In this document: positions 1-11,469 of the stretch, piece after piece | Numbering within the stretch: position 1 is the stretch's first letter | Layout of the letters: each line of letters starts with the position of its first letter | NCBI RefSeq assembly: GCF_018350175.1 | Contig: NC_058368.1 | Span: 144,958,001 to 145,022,000 of the forward strand | DNA: 64,000 nucleotides | DNA from: Felis catus | Lineage: Eukaryota | Reading direction: 5' to 3' | Notes under the pieces: model-generated | Database searches by the model: none | Seen by the model: the letters and a program-made list of their open reading frames with translations, nothing else | What the model was told of the DNA's origin: nothing | Position numbers and translations under genes: made by a program

Positions 1-152
1 AACTCTGTACAATGGTTCCTTCTTCAGAAAATGTATATAATAATACTACTTACCTTTCGGAGTTGTCAAAGGAATATTGAGTTAACTTTGATAAAGCAAT
101 TAGAATAATATCTGGCACAAAGTAAGGAGTCAGTAAATATTAGCTATTATTA
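1..152 (+). mobile_element. MIR 3' half (cut by window edge)
   Basis: Resembles MIR core and 3' end (…aaaatg…tggcacaaagtaag…taaatattagctattatt). Confidence 0.8.
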
Positions 153-358
153 CTATCATTACTTATTTCTAGTAACATACTAGAAATACTAGTAGATATA
201 CTAGTAGAGGTGTCTGAGAGTCCAGCGGGAAAACACACAAATCAAACATGGATGAAACGACAAAGCTGCACAAATATCTTTGGTATTTTTCCCATTTTCA
301 TCCTGCTGCCATTGTCATAATCAAGTCTTTCATCATCTTTTACAAAAGACTTACAACA

Positions 359-580
359 GGGGCGGCTGGGTGACTCATTCGGTTAAGCATCTGACTTTGG
401 CTCAGGTCCTGATCTCAAGGTTTTTGAGTTCGAGCCCCGTGTCGGGCTCTGTGCTGACAGCCTGGACCCTGAAGCCTGCTTCAGATTCTGTATTTCCCTC
501 TCTCTGTCCCTCTCACACTTGCTCTTTGTTTCTCAAAAATGAATACACGTCAAAAAAAAAATTAAAAAACAAAACAACAA
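359..580 (+). mobile_element. Can-SINE (SINEC_Fc type)
   Basis: GGGGCGGCTGGGTGACTCA head, tRNA-like A/B boxes, (CT)n, A-rich tail. Confidence 0.95.
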
Positions 581-649
581 AACACCCAACAACATTTCTC
601 TCACGTCTCTTTCTATTCAGGTCCACATTTTAGGCAGGCATTAATTAAC

Positions 650-861
650 TTTTTTTTAAAAAGTTTACTTATTTTGAGAAAGATTGAGAAAGATTGAGAG
701 AGGTAGGGGAAGGGCAGAGAGGGAGTGGGAGAGGGAGAATCTCAAGTAGGCTCCACACTGTCAGCACAGAACCGAATGCAAGCCTTGATCTCATAAACAT
801 GAGACCATGGCCTGAGCTGAGATCAACAGTCGGACGCTTAACTGAGCCATCCAGGCACCCC
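650..861 (-). mobile_element. Can-SINE
   Basis: Reverse SINE head ending ccaggcacccc; TSD cattaattaac/cactaattaac. Confidence 0.95.
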
Positions 862-956
862 ACTAATTAACATTTAATAAGCACAAATGTGGTCATCGCT
901 GCTTCACGTGAAAACTTTAAGGAGAAAGCCTAGACTACTCATCATAGTCTAATGCA

Positions 957-2192
957 CAGTAAAGCCTTGGATTGCAAGTAACTTGTTCTGTGAGTGTTCC
1001 GCAAGACAAGCAAACATTTCCAATAAATTTTAACTTGATAAATGAGTGATGTCTTGCAATATGAGTAGTACGTGACACCAGATGTCACATGATCACAAGT
1101 GAGCCAATGCCAATGGTTCTTCTCTCTCTCACTGCAGGATTGCCAGTATCGTCTTCCATGCTCAGATGCTTGGTCTCAGGCCACAGTGTTTGGCAGAAAT
1201 CAGTGATTTTTCAGAACATTGGAAGGTGTTCACAACTGGCACTAGTGTATTTTTTGTTACTTCAAAGCACCTATGGACAGTCCCTTGCTTTTCCATGTAA
1301 GAGTAAGCTTGGGAATGCTTTGCTTCATTCTAGGTCAGGGTGCCTGCAGATATAGACCCTTTCCTCTGCTGCCTTATTGCCAGTTACATTAAACACAGTA
1401 TATGACAAGAGCTTATTAATACTGTACTGTAGTCAACATCCATACAAGCATATACAATGGCCCACTGGAGACAAAGGTTGAAAAGAAAGACAGTAAGAAG
1501 AAGGAGATGATTATGGTGGAAGTTAAGAAGGAAATCACTGAGAAGTATGAACAAGGTACGCGAGTGGCCGAAATAGCAAGATTTTATAAAGTCTGCATCT
1601 GTATCTCGTCTGCACAGGAGGAGGAGGAAAAGGCGGAGGAACCCCTCATTTCAAATAAGATTAGAGAGATGTGTAAGATGTGGGAAACAGTGCAAAATTT
1701 TGTAGAAAAGCACCACCCAAATTATGCTATAGCAGTGTGAGCAATGAGTCTAACAATAGTGCAATGTCATATTTCCATGAAATCTTCAAAAGGAGGCAAA
1801 AGCAACATTACTGGATAGGTTCCCTATTAGAGTTGCACGAAAAGAAAAAGATTCAACTGAGCCAATAGATAGCAGTGATTCCACTAGTGATAGTGAAAGT
1901 CATCCTACACAATAACCCTCCTCTCTCTTGTCTCCCTCACACCAGCCATGAAGGTTTTCAAAGGTTAGTGTAGGTGAATTTGTTAGTTTTTCTTTATATT
2001 TTGTATTTTCTTTATTATTTTGTATTATATTGCAATATTGTAATCATTTTTATATGAATACTTTTGGGTTGTGGAATGTATCATCTGAGTTTCCATTATT
2101 TCTTGTGGGAAAATTGGCTTTGATAATACAAGTGCTTTGGATTACAAGGGTGTTTCCCATATGAATTATGCTCACAAACCAAGGTGTTACTG
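957..2192 (+). mobile_element. Tigger/pogo-type (Tc1/mariner superfamily) internally deleted DNA transposon
   Basis: Terminal inverted repeats CAGTAAAGCCTTGGATTGCAAG vs (rc) CAGTAACACCTTGGTTTGTGAG (17/22); flanks CA/TG read as decayed TA TSD; transposase-like remnants inside. Confidence 0.85.
1474..1830 (+). pseudogene. Tigger-like transposase relic: N-terminal CENP-B/HTH-psq segment joined to C-terminal segment, catalytic DDE region absent
   Basis: KKKEMIMVEVKKEITEKYEQGTRVAEIARFY resembles a Tigger N-terminal HTH; EEEEKAEEPL…WETVQNFVEKHHPN and …SYFHEIFKRRQKQ resemble a Tigger C-terminus; frameshifts and stop present. Confidence 0.75.
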
Positions 2193-2514
2193 TGTAACTT
2201 ATTATGATTATTGGAGTGTTTTTCTCTCCTTGAAGTCAACAAAATTCTCAGCTGAAGGAGTTTCCCTTATTAATCACTGAATTTCCTGTGCCTAGGTGCA
2301 TAAGAGGTGTTAAAGTTACATTCACTCAAAGCTACATAAACATATATAATGATAACTTACAGGGCCAAGCAAACATTTGCAAATAGGCTCTCAAAAAAGA
2401 ATGTTGAGGAAATAAACCAGAAAGGTTTAGAAGCAAGAGAGAAGACAATTTTAAGTAGATTGTTAAAAATCCTGAATGACACACTGATCAAAAAACATTA
2501 GGAAAGCAAAAGAT

Positions 2515-3560
2515 ACTTTCAATTCAATTAAAAAAATAATTATGAGCTTATATATCAGATACTGCAAATGTGAATGTAAATAAGACATGATTTTAGATCT
2601 AAAGGAGTAAACATAATATAAAGTGGGAACTACACACACAGAGTAATAAGAAAAAAAAAATATTCATAAGGAGTCCATCTTGGTCATTTGGAGAAGGCTT
2701 CTTGAATGATTATTCTGCAACTTAGTGTTGAAGTAAGCAAGCATTCACCAGACCAAGAAATATAGTTACAGTGAGGTAGTAGTGTAGAAGCTAGATTACA
2801 AGATACGAAGAAGGATGTGAGTTGCTAAGAAATAGAGGGAGTAGCTACAGTTGCTCATTTAGAAGTGTTGGCTAAGAAAGAGCAGAAATCAAAAAGTAGT
2901 TAAAAATAACAAGGCAGTCATGTAGAGGTTTTTTTCAGCTGGGGAAGGAGTTCAATATGATGATACATTTTGAGAGTTGGGTCTCTAAGAGACAAAGAAA
3001 TTAAATTCAGAGCACAATCTAGGAAGGGAAAAGGGCATCACTTCTGAGATTGCAAGTAAAGATGAGATTATCATCACTTTCTGTTAAAGAAAATAGAAAT
3101 TAGGGGCACTTGGGTAGCTCAGTCGGTTAAGCGTGTGACTTTGGCTCAGGTCATGATCTCATGGTTTGTGAGTTCGAGCCCCACCTAAGGCTCTGTGCTG
3201 ACAGCTCAGAGCCTGGAGCCTGCTTCAGACTCTGTGTATCCCTCTCTCTCTTTCCCTCCCATGCTCTCTCTCTGTCTCTCAATAATAAATAAACATTAAA
3301 AAAAATTTTTTTTAAAGGAAAAAGAAAAAGAACATAGAAATAGGTTGAGGTAAAAGCAGTCTATCATGCAGCTCATTCCAGATGGCCTCATTCTTCTCTG
3401 TCAAAAAGGATATGACCTTACCACTGTTACTGAGAGGAACTGAAATTGACAGCATTTAGAAATGAGATATTTGAAACAGTTGCTAGAAAAAGTAAAACTA
3501 TCAACTAATGAGTAAAGAGTAATATTGCCAAGTGTACACAGAGCCAAGTTTTTTATTGGG
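2515..3560 (-). mobile_element. Degraded L2 fragments
   Basis: Purine-rich pattern typical of antisense L2; highly diverged. Confidence 0.4.
3103..3326 (+). mobile_element. Can-SINE
   Basis: Full head, (CT)n, AATAAA tail; TSD aaagaaaatagaaat/aaagaacatagaaat. Confidence 0.95.
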
Positions 3561-3610
3561 AAATTACAACTGAAAAACAAGTCTCTTTGATAAAAAAAGG
3601 ATATTCCTTA

Positions 3611-3732
3611 GGGTACCTGGATGGCTCAGTCAGTTGAGCACCTGACCCTTGATTTTGGCTGAGGTCATGATCCCACAGTTTGGGGGACTGAGCCTACATT
3701 GGGCTCCATACTGACAGTACAGAAACTTCTTG

Positions 3733-3767
<35 letters not shown>

Positions 3768-3820
3768 GCCCCTCCCCTACTTGTGCCCCCCCAAACAAAT
3801 AAATAAATAAACTTAAATAA
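3611..3820 (+). mobile_element. Can-SINE
   Basis: TSD aaaaaggatattcctta/aaaaaggatgttcctta. Confidence 0.95.
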
Positions 3821-4009
3821 AAAAGGATGTTCCTTAATGCAAGGAAACAAATGGTAATACAATCAAAGCCATATGTGAAAGATTAATAGGGAACTTTATA
3901 AAGTAATGCTCATTAATTCTTGCTTTAAAACTGCCACCTTCAAACTACAACCTCATTAGTTTAAAATTCTGGTAATTGATTAGTCAATGATGCACACAGA
4001 CCACATCAG

Positions 4010-6325
4010 CAATAAAACCTTGAATTTTTTTCCTAAGGAAGAGTATATTGCAGATACTGTAACCTCTATTGCATCAAAAGAAAAGAGAAGAAATGAAACA
4101 AAAAAAAAGGAAAAAAGAAAAGAAAGGAAAAAAGACAAGAAAAAAGAAAAAAGTACAGCTAATAGTGGAATAGTGGAGATAAAGTGGCATGTCAAAATTA
4201 AATACTAAAAAAGCAGAAAAAAAGGTCAAATTAAAAGAAGAGGGACAAAGATTAAATGAGATAAACAGAAAATAAGATATAAGACAACCCCAAAATACAG
4301 ATTACACTAAATATAAACAGTCTAAACACTGCAATAAAAAGGCATAGATTTCAGATTAAAAAAAAAAAAAAACAAGATCCAGAACATGCTACTTCAAAAA
4401 ACATATTTTATATACAAAGATAAATATGAGTTAAGTTCAAAGGCATAGAAAAGGACATACCTGTAAATATTATCATAAGAAAGCTGGAGTACCTATATAA
4501 ATATCAGATGAATTAGACTTCAGGACAAGGAATATCAAAGATAAAGAAGGACAGTTTTATAATAATTAAAGGGTTAATGGATCAAAAACACAAAACAATC
4601 CTAAATGTATATGCACCTAATGAGCTTCAAAGTACATGAAACAAAGATTGTCAGAACTGAAAAGACAAATAGACAAGTTCACAATTATAGGTAGAGATTT
4701 TAACACTTCTCAATTAATTGAAAGAATAAGTATACAGAAAATCAATAGGGATATAAAAGACTATAATAAGTCTATAAACTAGATCTAGTTGAATTTATGA
4801 AACACTACACAATAACAGCAAAATATACATTCTTTTCAAAGTGTATTTTTGAAGCATTCACCAAAAGAGACCATGTGCTGTGCTGTAAAATGTCTCAATA
4901 AATTTAAAAGATAAAATACAACATATATTACCTGAATAAAATAAAATTAAATTAGTAATTAAAAATATATTTAAAAAATCTCCATGCATATATTTGGAAA
5001 TTAAACAATAATCTTCTAAATAATATATGAATAAAAGAAGTGATTGCATGAGAAATTAGGAAGTATAAACTGAATGAAGATAAAAAAAATAATATATCAA
5101 AATTTGTGGGATGTAGCTAAAGCAGTGCTATATGGAAAATGTATAGCACTAAATTTTATGTAAGAAAAGATTTAAAATCAACAATCAAATTTTTCCATGT
5201 TAAAAAACTAAAAAAAAGAAGAACAGATTAATGGTACAGCAAGGAGACAACAAAACGCAGAAATCAAAATGTAGAAAAAGAAAAAAAAAAAGTATAACCA
5301 GAAAACAGGCTCTTTGAAAATTCAACAAAATTGATAAACCAGACTCAAGAAAAGAGAGAGGATATAAATCACCTTTATAAGGTGATGGCAAAAGCTATCC
5401 TACTGAAGTGAAAAGGAAGTATCCTGAATAATAGTATGCCAATAACTTTGATAACATAGAAGAAATGAACAAATGCTTTGAGAGAAAAAGTAATGACCAG
5501 AGCTGGCCTTAAAGGAAACGGAAAATCTAAATACCTCTACACATAATAAATAAATTAAATTGTTAATAAAAATCTTCCCACCAAGAAAATTTTAGGCCTG
5601 AATAAAACTCTGTAACTCATTTTATGATGCCAGTATCATTCTAATATCAAAAACAAAATATCAGAAAACACAAATCAATATTTCCCAAAAATGTACACAC
5701 TAATATCTCTTATGCAGTGACATATGAAAAGGATAATATATCATGACCAAGTGAGATTTTTCCCATAAATCCAAAGGTGGTTTAATATTTAAAAATTAAT
5801 ATTAAACAGAATAAAGGTATAAAAACACATGATCAATTCAGTGGTATAGAAAAGCATTTGCATTTGACAAAATTCAAGACCTGTTTATGATTAAAAAAAA
5901 AAAAAAAACCTCTCAGAAAAAACAAAAACAAAAAAACTTAACAGAAAGGAACCTCCTGAATCCAGTAAAGTCCTATATATGAAAACCTATAGGTAAGAGT
6001 CATATTTAATGATGATAGACTAACTGCTTTCCCCTTATGGTAAGGAACAAAGCAAAGATGTCCACTGTCACCATTTCTACTTGACATTTTATTGGTGGCC
6101 CTAGCCAGTGCAGTAAGGCAAGAAAAAGAAACTAAAGTCATAGAGATTGAAAGGAAGACATAAAGCTGTCTTTATTTACAAACAACACGATCATGTTTGT
6201 AGAAATCTTCAAAAAAGTACCTAGAATAAGTGAATTTAACATGATCAAGGGATACAAGGACAACACACACACAAGCTGATTAAATTCAATATGCTGTGAA
6301 CAAATCATTGCAAAATAAAATTTTA
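4010..6325 (+). mobile_element. Old L1 (L1M-type) ORF2 remnant, endonuclease to RT region
   Basis: Decayed ORF2 motifs (cctaaatgtatatgcaccta, ggtagagattttaacac, aatttgtgggatgtagctaaagcagt, catgaccaagtgagattt, ggaacaaagcaaagatgtccact); many stops and frameshifts. Confidence 0.9.
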
Positions 6326-6329
6326 ATAA

Positions 6330-6920
6330 AATTTCTACTTCCTTCCCCTAGTCATGGAACTCCCTCTTTAATCCTCTGCATTCTGAGTTTGTTTCCCACA
6401 CCCAGCTGGGGAAGCCAGGCATTCACTCATGGACTCTTCCTTTTCCCTGAAGAAGAAATCAGAGGTTCTCTAGTTTAGCCCTAAACTGTACCATCTTAGG
6501 GGAGGGATGATGCCAGCAATACCGAGCTGCTCCTCTTACCCACTTCACTCTGTCCAAACTTGATTTTTCCCCCCTCTTCTCTAAAAGAGTGCTGTAACTT
6601 CTCTGAAAAATCGTACTTCTACAAAGGCTCTGTCATCCAAAGGTGACTACCCAAGTCACTGTTCTGCAGGTGCTCCAAGAACACAGCTGAGAGAGCCATA
6701 ATCAATTCACATAAGGTTCTACAGCCAGTGCCTAAGTCCATTTGCCTATTACCTAATAAACTGGTAGTTGAGGCTCCTCTCAGAACCCTTGGCATATAGC
6801 ACTAGGTTCCACAACAGCCACAAAGACACTTTTATTTGTGGATAGATGTCAAATTTTTGTTGTTGAATGGGTGGGGGGACAAAAAAAGGGTTGTCTTACG
6901 CTGCCATGATGTTAACATCG
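6330..6920 (-). mobile_element. Probable old L1 5'UTR fragment
   Basis: Minus strand starts gatgttaacatcatggcagcgtaag, resembling the L1 5' terminus (…caagatggcg…); higher GC than flanks. Confidence 0.55.
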
Positions 6921-6934
6921 ATGTCCCTGGGCAT

Positions 6935-7050
6935 CCTTCTTCTGACAATCCTACCCGCACTAGATGGATATAAGTAAGAAACTTTCTTTGTATTAAGGCA
7001 CTGAGATTTTAGATTATTTTTCCAACTATTTGCCTACCTTGACTAGTATA
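6935..7050 (+). mobile_element. MLT1 (MaLR) LTR 3' fragment
   Basis: agaaactttctttgtattaaggcactgagatttt resembles the MLT1 3' end. Confidence 0.45.
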
Positions 7051-7664
7051 AAACATAAAAATATTTTAAGGAATTGTAATAGAAATAATTAGTATCAATA
7101 ACACTAATTACAGTCATATAATTAGATTTGTGAATGAAGTCTGAAAATAACACTACATTGTTTATTGTGGTTAAGCTGCTAAAATAACCAAGTATCCCTA
7201 AGTCTCACACAAGTATACAAAATAACCGAGATTCAGGGAATTTATTTATGATACTTGTTGAGTACATATTAGGTGTGATGTACTCAGGGATATATAATAA
7301 TAAGACACATTTTTGTGCTTTGAGGAGCATAACAGGGCAGCTTATGCAAGTGTTAAAATAACCCTTGTATAACGCAAAAAGCAATACATGCCACATTAGG
7401 AGGGAAAACAGTATTAATGCAAAATCTTTAATTATGACACCATAAAAGGTGTTATCCAAGCGTCAAGAAGAGAAAAATTGATTTGCAAGAAGGCAGAGAG
7501 AATATTTTCTTTTTAATTTATCATAAATCTATGTTCTCAGAATCTAATACCCATTCCATTTTTGGCAAGCTAGCAAATGAAATTCCCTTTCCTTCCTTCC
7601 TTTTGCCTTTAACGTCTTTAACTTTAAAGGGAAAGTAGAAGCCTAGCTGATCTTATTAAAAACA

Positions 7665-8061
7665 AAACAATGTCTATCATTTACCGAGCACCTCTACTGG
7701 GTGACAGACATCGTAGTACTTTATGTGATCTCATTTAACCATTACAGTAGACATAAATATCATTATTTATCTTTTCCACTTGTTATGGCACAAATACACT
7801 GTCTACCTTATCTAGGCCACGTTAGTAGTTGGTAGCAAAACCACAGTTTTATTTTTTTTTATTTTTATTTTTAAATATATGAAATTTATTGTTAAATTGG
7901 TTTCCATACACATCCAGTGTTCATCCCAAAAGATGCCCTCTTCAATACCCATCACCCACCCTCCCCTCCCTCCCACCCCCCATCAGCCCTCAGACAAAAC
8001 CACAATTTTAAATTCACTTCTGATTTCAAAGCTTGTGTTCTTCATCTCTAAGCTATGCTGC
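7665..8061 (-). mobile_element. MIR split by a short L1_Fc insertion
   Basis: catttaccgagcacct… upstream and ctgatttcaaagcttgtgttctt…ctatgctgc downstream of the insert. Confidence 0.65.
7848..7993 (-). mobile_element. 5'-truncated felid L1 (L1_Fc) 3' end
   Basis: Reverse complement of the 3'UTR at 37850-37982; TSD caaaaccacagtttt/caaaaccacaatttt. Confidence 0.9.
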
Positions 8062-8348
8062 ATAATGATCCATTTCAGACCGATTAATCTATTCCTCAAC
8101 CCAATCAAACCTTTAATCCATGTTATACAGGTGAAGTTATTATACAGGTACAGAAGTCAATATTTAGGTAAATTTCAAAAATGTTTTTTTTTTCCATGTA
8201 AGAGCATTAACTAGGAAAAGAATGTTGCTACCCTAAGATGTATGAATACTTTTTCAGTGTCATAAACCTTAACTTTCAAGACCTTTAGTCCTTTTATGCT
8301 TAAATTACATTCATAACAATAGGTCTTTGAGGTCTAAAGAGTAAAATT

Positions 8349-8574
8349 CTTTTTTTTTTTAATTTTTTTTTTAACGTTTATGTATTTTTGGGACAGAGAG
8401 AGACAGAGCATGAACGGGGGAGGGGCAGAGTGAGAGGGAGACACAGAATCGGAAACAGGCTCCAGGCTCCGAGCCATCAGCCCAGAGCCCGACGCGGGGC
8501 TCGAACTCACAGACCGCGAGATCGTGACCTGGCTGAAGTCAGACGCTTAACTGACTGCGCCACCCAGGCGCCCC
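8349..8574 (-). mobile_element. Young Can-SINE (SINEC_Fc type)
   Basis: CpG-retaining; TSD taaagagtaaaattctt/taaaggataaaattctt. Confidence 0.97.
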
Positions 8575-9249
8575 TAAAGGATAAAATTCTTAACAGAATT
8601 CTTCATACAGGTCTAAAGATAAAACTGCTACTCTTTCTTAAAAAGGCCCTGATCTTCTTAGAACAAGTGTCATTTCCTTTTCTCCTTTTCATTAATTTTA
8701 GTATATACTACTAATCCATTGTAGCTAACTTCTGGGTAGGCTAGTGGCAAAGAGAAAAATCAGCAGATTTATTGATCAACTATTTTCATAAAAATGACTT
8801 TTCAAAAGCAATTTGCCTGCTAACACAATGCCAATTTTATGAACATAAAATATTAAATGTCACAATACATTCAGGAGTCTGAATATACACATTTTCTCAA
8901 AACCACTTACAAATTCTCTTGGAATTTCTTGGGATAACGATTGGCAGGAGATTTCAGCTCACTAACCACCACTCATAGCTTGGGCTTTCAGAGTAAAGGG
9001 CAAATCTTGACCAAAAAAGGTACATGGGGTCTGTCACAAAATACATGTTCAGACAACATTACGTGAGGCTTAGAGTTCTGAAGGAGATGTTCTAACTATA
9101 GATCTAATGTACAATAATTTGCCCAAATGATACTTCATGACATTTGTATGAATTAAAGGGAAATGAGTAAAAAATAGTCCTTGCAGTTTCTTCCTCCATT
9201 AGATTTACTACTGGGGGTCCATGAAATGTTTTTAAAATATATACTATTT

Positions 9250-9444
9250 GGGTCACCTGGGTGGCTCAGTCGGTTGAGGATCCGGCTTTGCCTCAGGTCA
9301 TGATCTCATGGTTCATGAGTTCAAACCCCAGGTTGGCTCTCTGCTGTCAGTGCAGAGCATGCTTCTTATCCTCTCTCTCTCCCTCTCTCTCTCTCTGCCC
9401 TTGCCCTGCTCACCCTCTCTCTCCTTCACTCAAAAATAAACATT
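9250..9444 (+). mobile_element. Can-SINE (outer; a second SINE sits in its tail)
   Basis: Outer TSD aaaatatatactatt at 9234-9248 and 9652-9666. Confidence 0.95.
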
Positions 9445-9640
9445 GGGGCTCCTGGGTGCTTAGTTGGTTGAGTGTCCAACTCTTGTTTTCAGCTCACTTC
9501 GTGGTTTCAAACCCTGCATCAGGCTCTGTGCTGACAGTGAAGAGCCTGCTTGGGATTCTCTCTCTCCCTCTCTCTCTCTGATCCTCCTCTGCTCTCTCTC
9601 TCTTTCTCAACAAATAAATAAACTTTAACAAATTTAAAAT
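9445..9640 (+). mobile_element. Can-SINE nested in the A-tail of the preceding SINE
   Basis: Inner TSD aaataaacatt at 9434-9444 and 9641-9651. Confidence 0.93.
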
Positions 9641-10874
9641 AAATAAACATTAAAATATATACTATTAGGCAGTTTAAACTTTTATAAACTGAAATTTCAT
9701 GTACTTAATTAGCATTATATGAATTTATTTTTATCTATAGAAGAGCAACCTAAATGCTTAATAAACATTTTTTTTTTTAATTATCAAAGTAAGCTTCTAA
9801 TTCATAAGCTACTACCTGGCTTCAAAGCTTAAAAAAAAATCTAAATTTGCAAATTTTTCACAATCATCTTTCTACTTTTAATCTATAATATTTAAGGCCT
9901 AATTCAGCCATTATCATACCTTAACTATATCACTGAAAGAAAATAGCATATGATCTACCTTGCTGCCTTTATCTGTGTCATCAATCAACGCTTCATTTTA
10001 TTCTAACAGTGTCAAGCCACACTGTCAAGTATCTCTAATTATGTCATTGATATAGTCAAATATCTTCCATGAGTCCCATTTACCTAAACTAATTCTACAT
10101 TTCTTAACCTTATAATAAAACCTTCCATTCTCTGAAAGTGAACTGGGTTTCCAGGCCTTATTTCCACTACCTTCCTACATGTATCCTACATCCTGTTAGT
10201 TTTGTGTACTTAAATGCATTTATTTCATCAACCTAAAACTGTAGGCACCTTGGAAGAAACAACTGTGCCTACCTCAATATTCTCCATATACAATGGGATA
10301 TGATAGTATCCATTTGAGAGAACGAATGGTTAATACAAAAAATTATTTCAGTTGAAGAGTTATGACTGAATATTGATTGATTTTTACTGAATATTGATTG
10401 ATTCACTGCTAATATGGCAATATAATTATTTAAGTATCATAAGAAGTCATAATCTTAAGGTCAGTTGGGTTTTGGTATATCTACCCTCTCTTTTTGTGCC
10501 CTCGTTTCCTAAATACCAATCTTTTCTCCAGAGGATACCATATACCCTTCTTTTTTTATGTTATACTCTCTTTCCCATTCCCCATCTTAAAGACAGATGT
10601 CCAGATTCACAGTTCAAACTTTCATATATGTACTCCTGCTTGCTGGTGAGCTGGTTAAACTTCAGTGTAAATGAATTTTAGCCTATGTTGCAGTACTTGT
10701 AGTACTTAACCTATATTTTATACTCCAAATCTTCTTTCTGATATTTGGAAAGCCCAACTATGTTTTTGATACTATTTTTCTCTCTGATATTACCTAACAT
10801 TCATTTTGTGTGTGTGTGTATTTAAACTTCCACGTATTTGGGTCTTGACTTTCTATCTAAATTGCAAATTCCGT

Positions 10875-11075
10875 GGGGCACATGGGTGTCTCAGTAGGTT
10901 AAGCTCAGGTCATAATTGAGCTTGATGTCAGCTCAGGTCCTAATTTCACAGTCCATGAGAGCAAGCCCTTCATTGCGATCCACACTGACAGCATGGAGCC
11001 TGCTTGGGATTTTCTCATTCCCTCTCTCTGCCCCTCCCCCACTCCCTCTCTCAAAATGAAGAGACTGTAAACAAA
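10875..11075 (+). mobile_element. Can-SINE inserted in an L2 3' end (~10830-11170)
   Basis: TSD taaattgcaaattcc/taaatagcaaattcc. Confidence 0.93.
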
Positions 11076-11260
11076 TAAATAGCAAATTCCTTGAAGACTA
11101 CAATAATGCTTTATATTCTCTATCTAATGAAACTCCATTCAGCACCTTACATTTAATAGGTGTTCAGTAAACAGTATTATAAGAACATATTAAATTATCC
11201 CAAAATTTTATCAAAATAATTTTATTAATGGATTTAAAGATTTTAAAAAGAGGGGGATGA

Positions 11261-11469
11261 GAGGTGCCTGGGTGGCTCAGTCAGTTGAGTGTCCCAACAC
11301 TTGATTTCTGCTCAGGTCATGATCTCCCAGTTGGTGAGATTGAGCCCCTAGTTGGGCTCTGCAGAGAATGGAGAATCCCTGCTTGGGATTCTCTCTCTCC
11401 CTCTCCTTCTGCCCCTTCCCCCACATGCACACGCTCTGTCTCTGTCTCTCAGAATAAATAATAAAAGAA
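11261..11469 (+). mobile_element. Can-SINE
   Basis: Perfect 16-bp TSD aaaaagagggggatga. Confidence 0.96.

Larger units (their letters stand above)
285..2320 (+). mobile_element. Degraded L2 remnant interrupted by two Can-SINEs and a Tigger-type element
   Basis: L2-like CT-rich segments at ~285-357 and ~590-640; L2-like 3' end at ~2195-2320. Confidence 0.45.
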
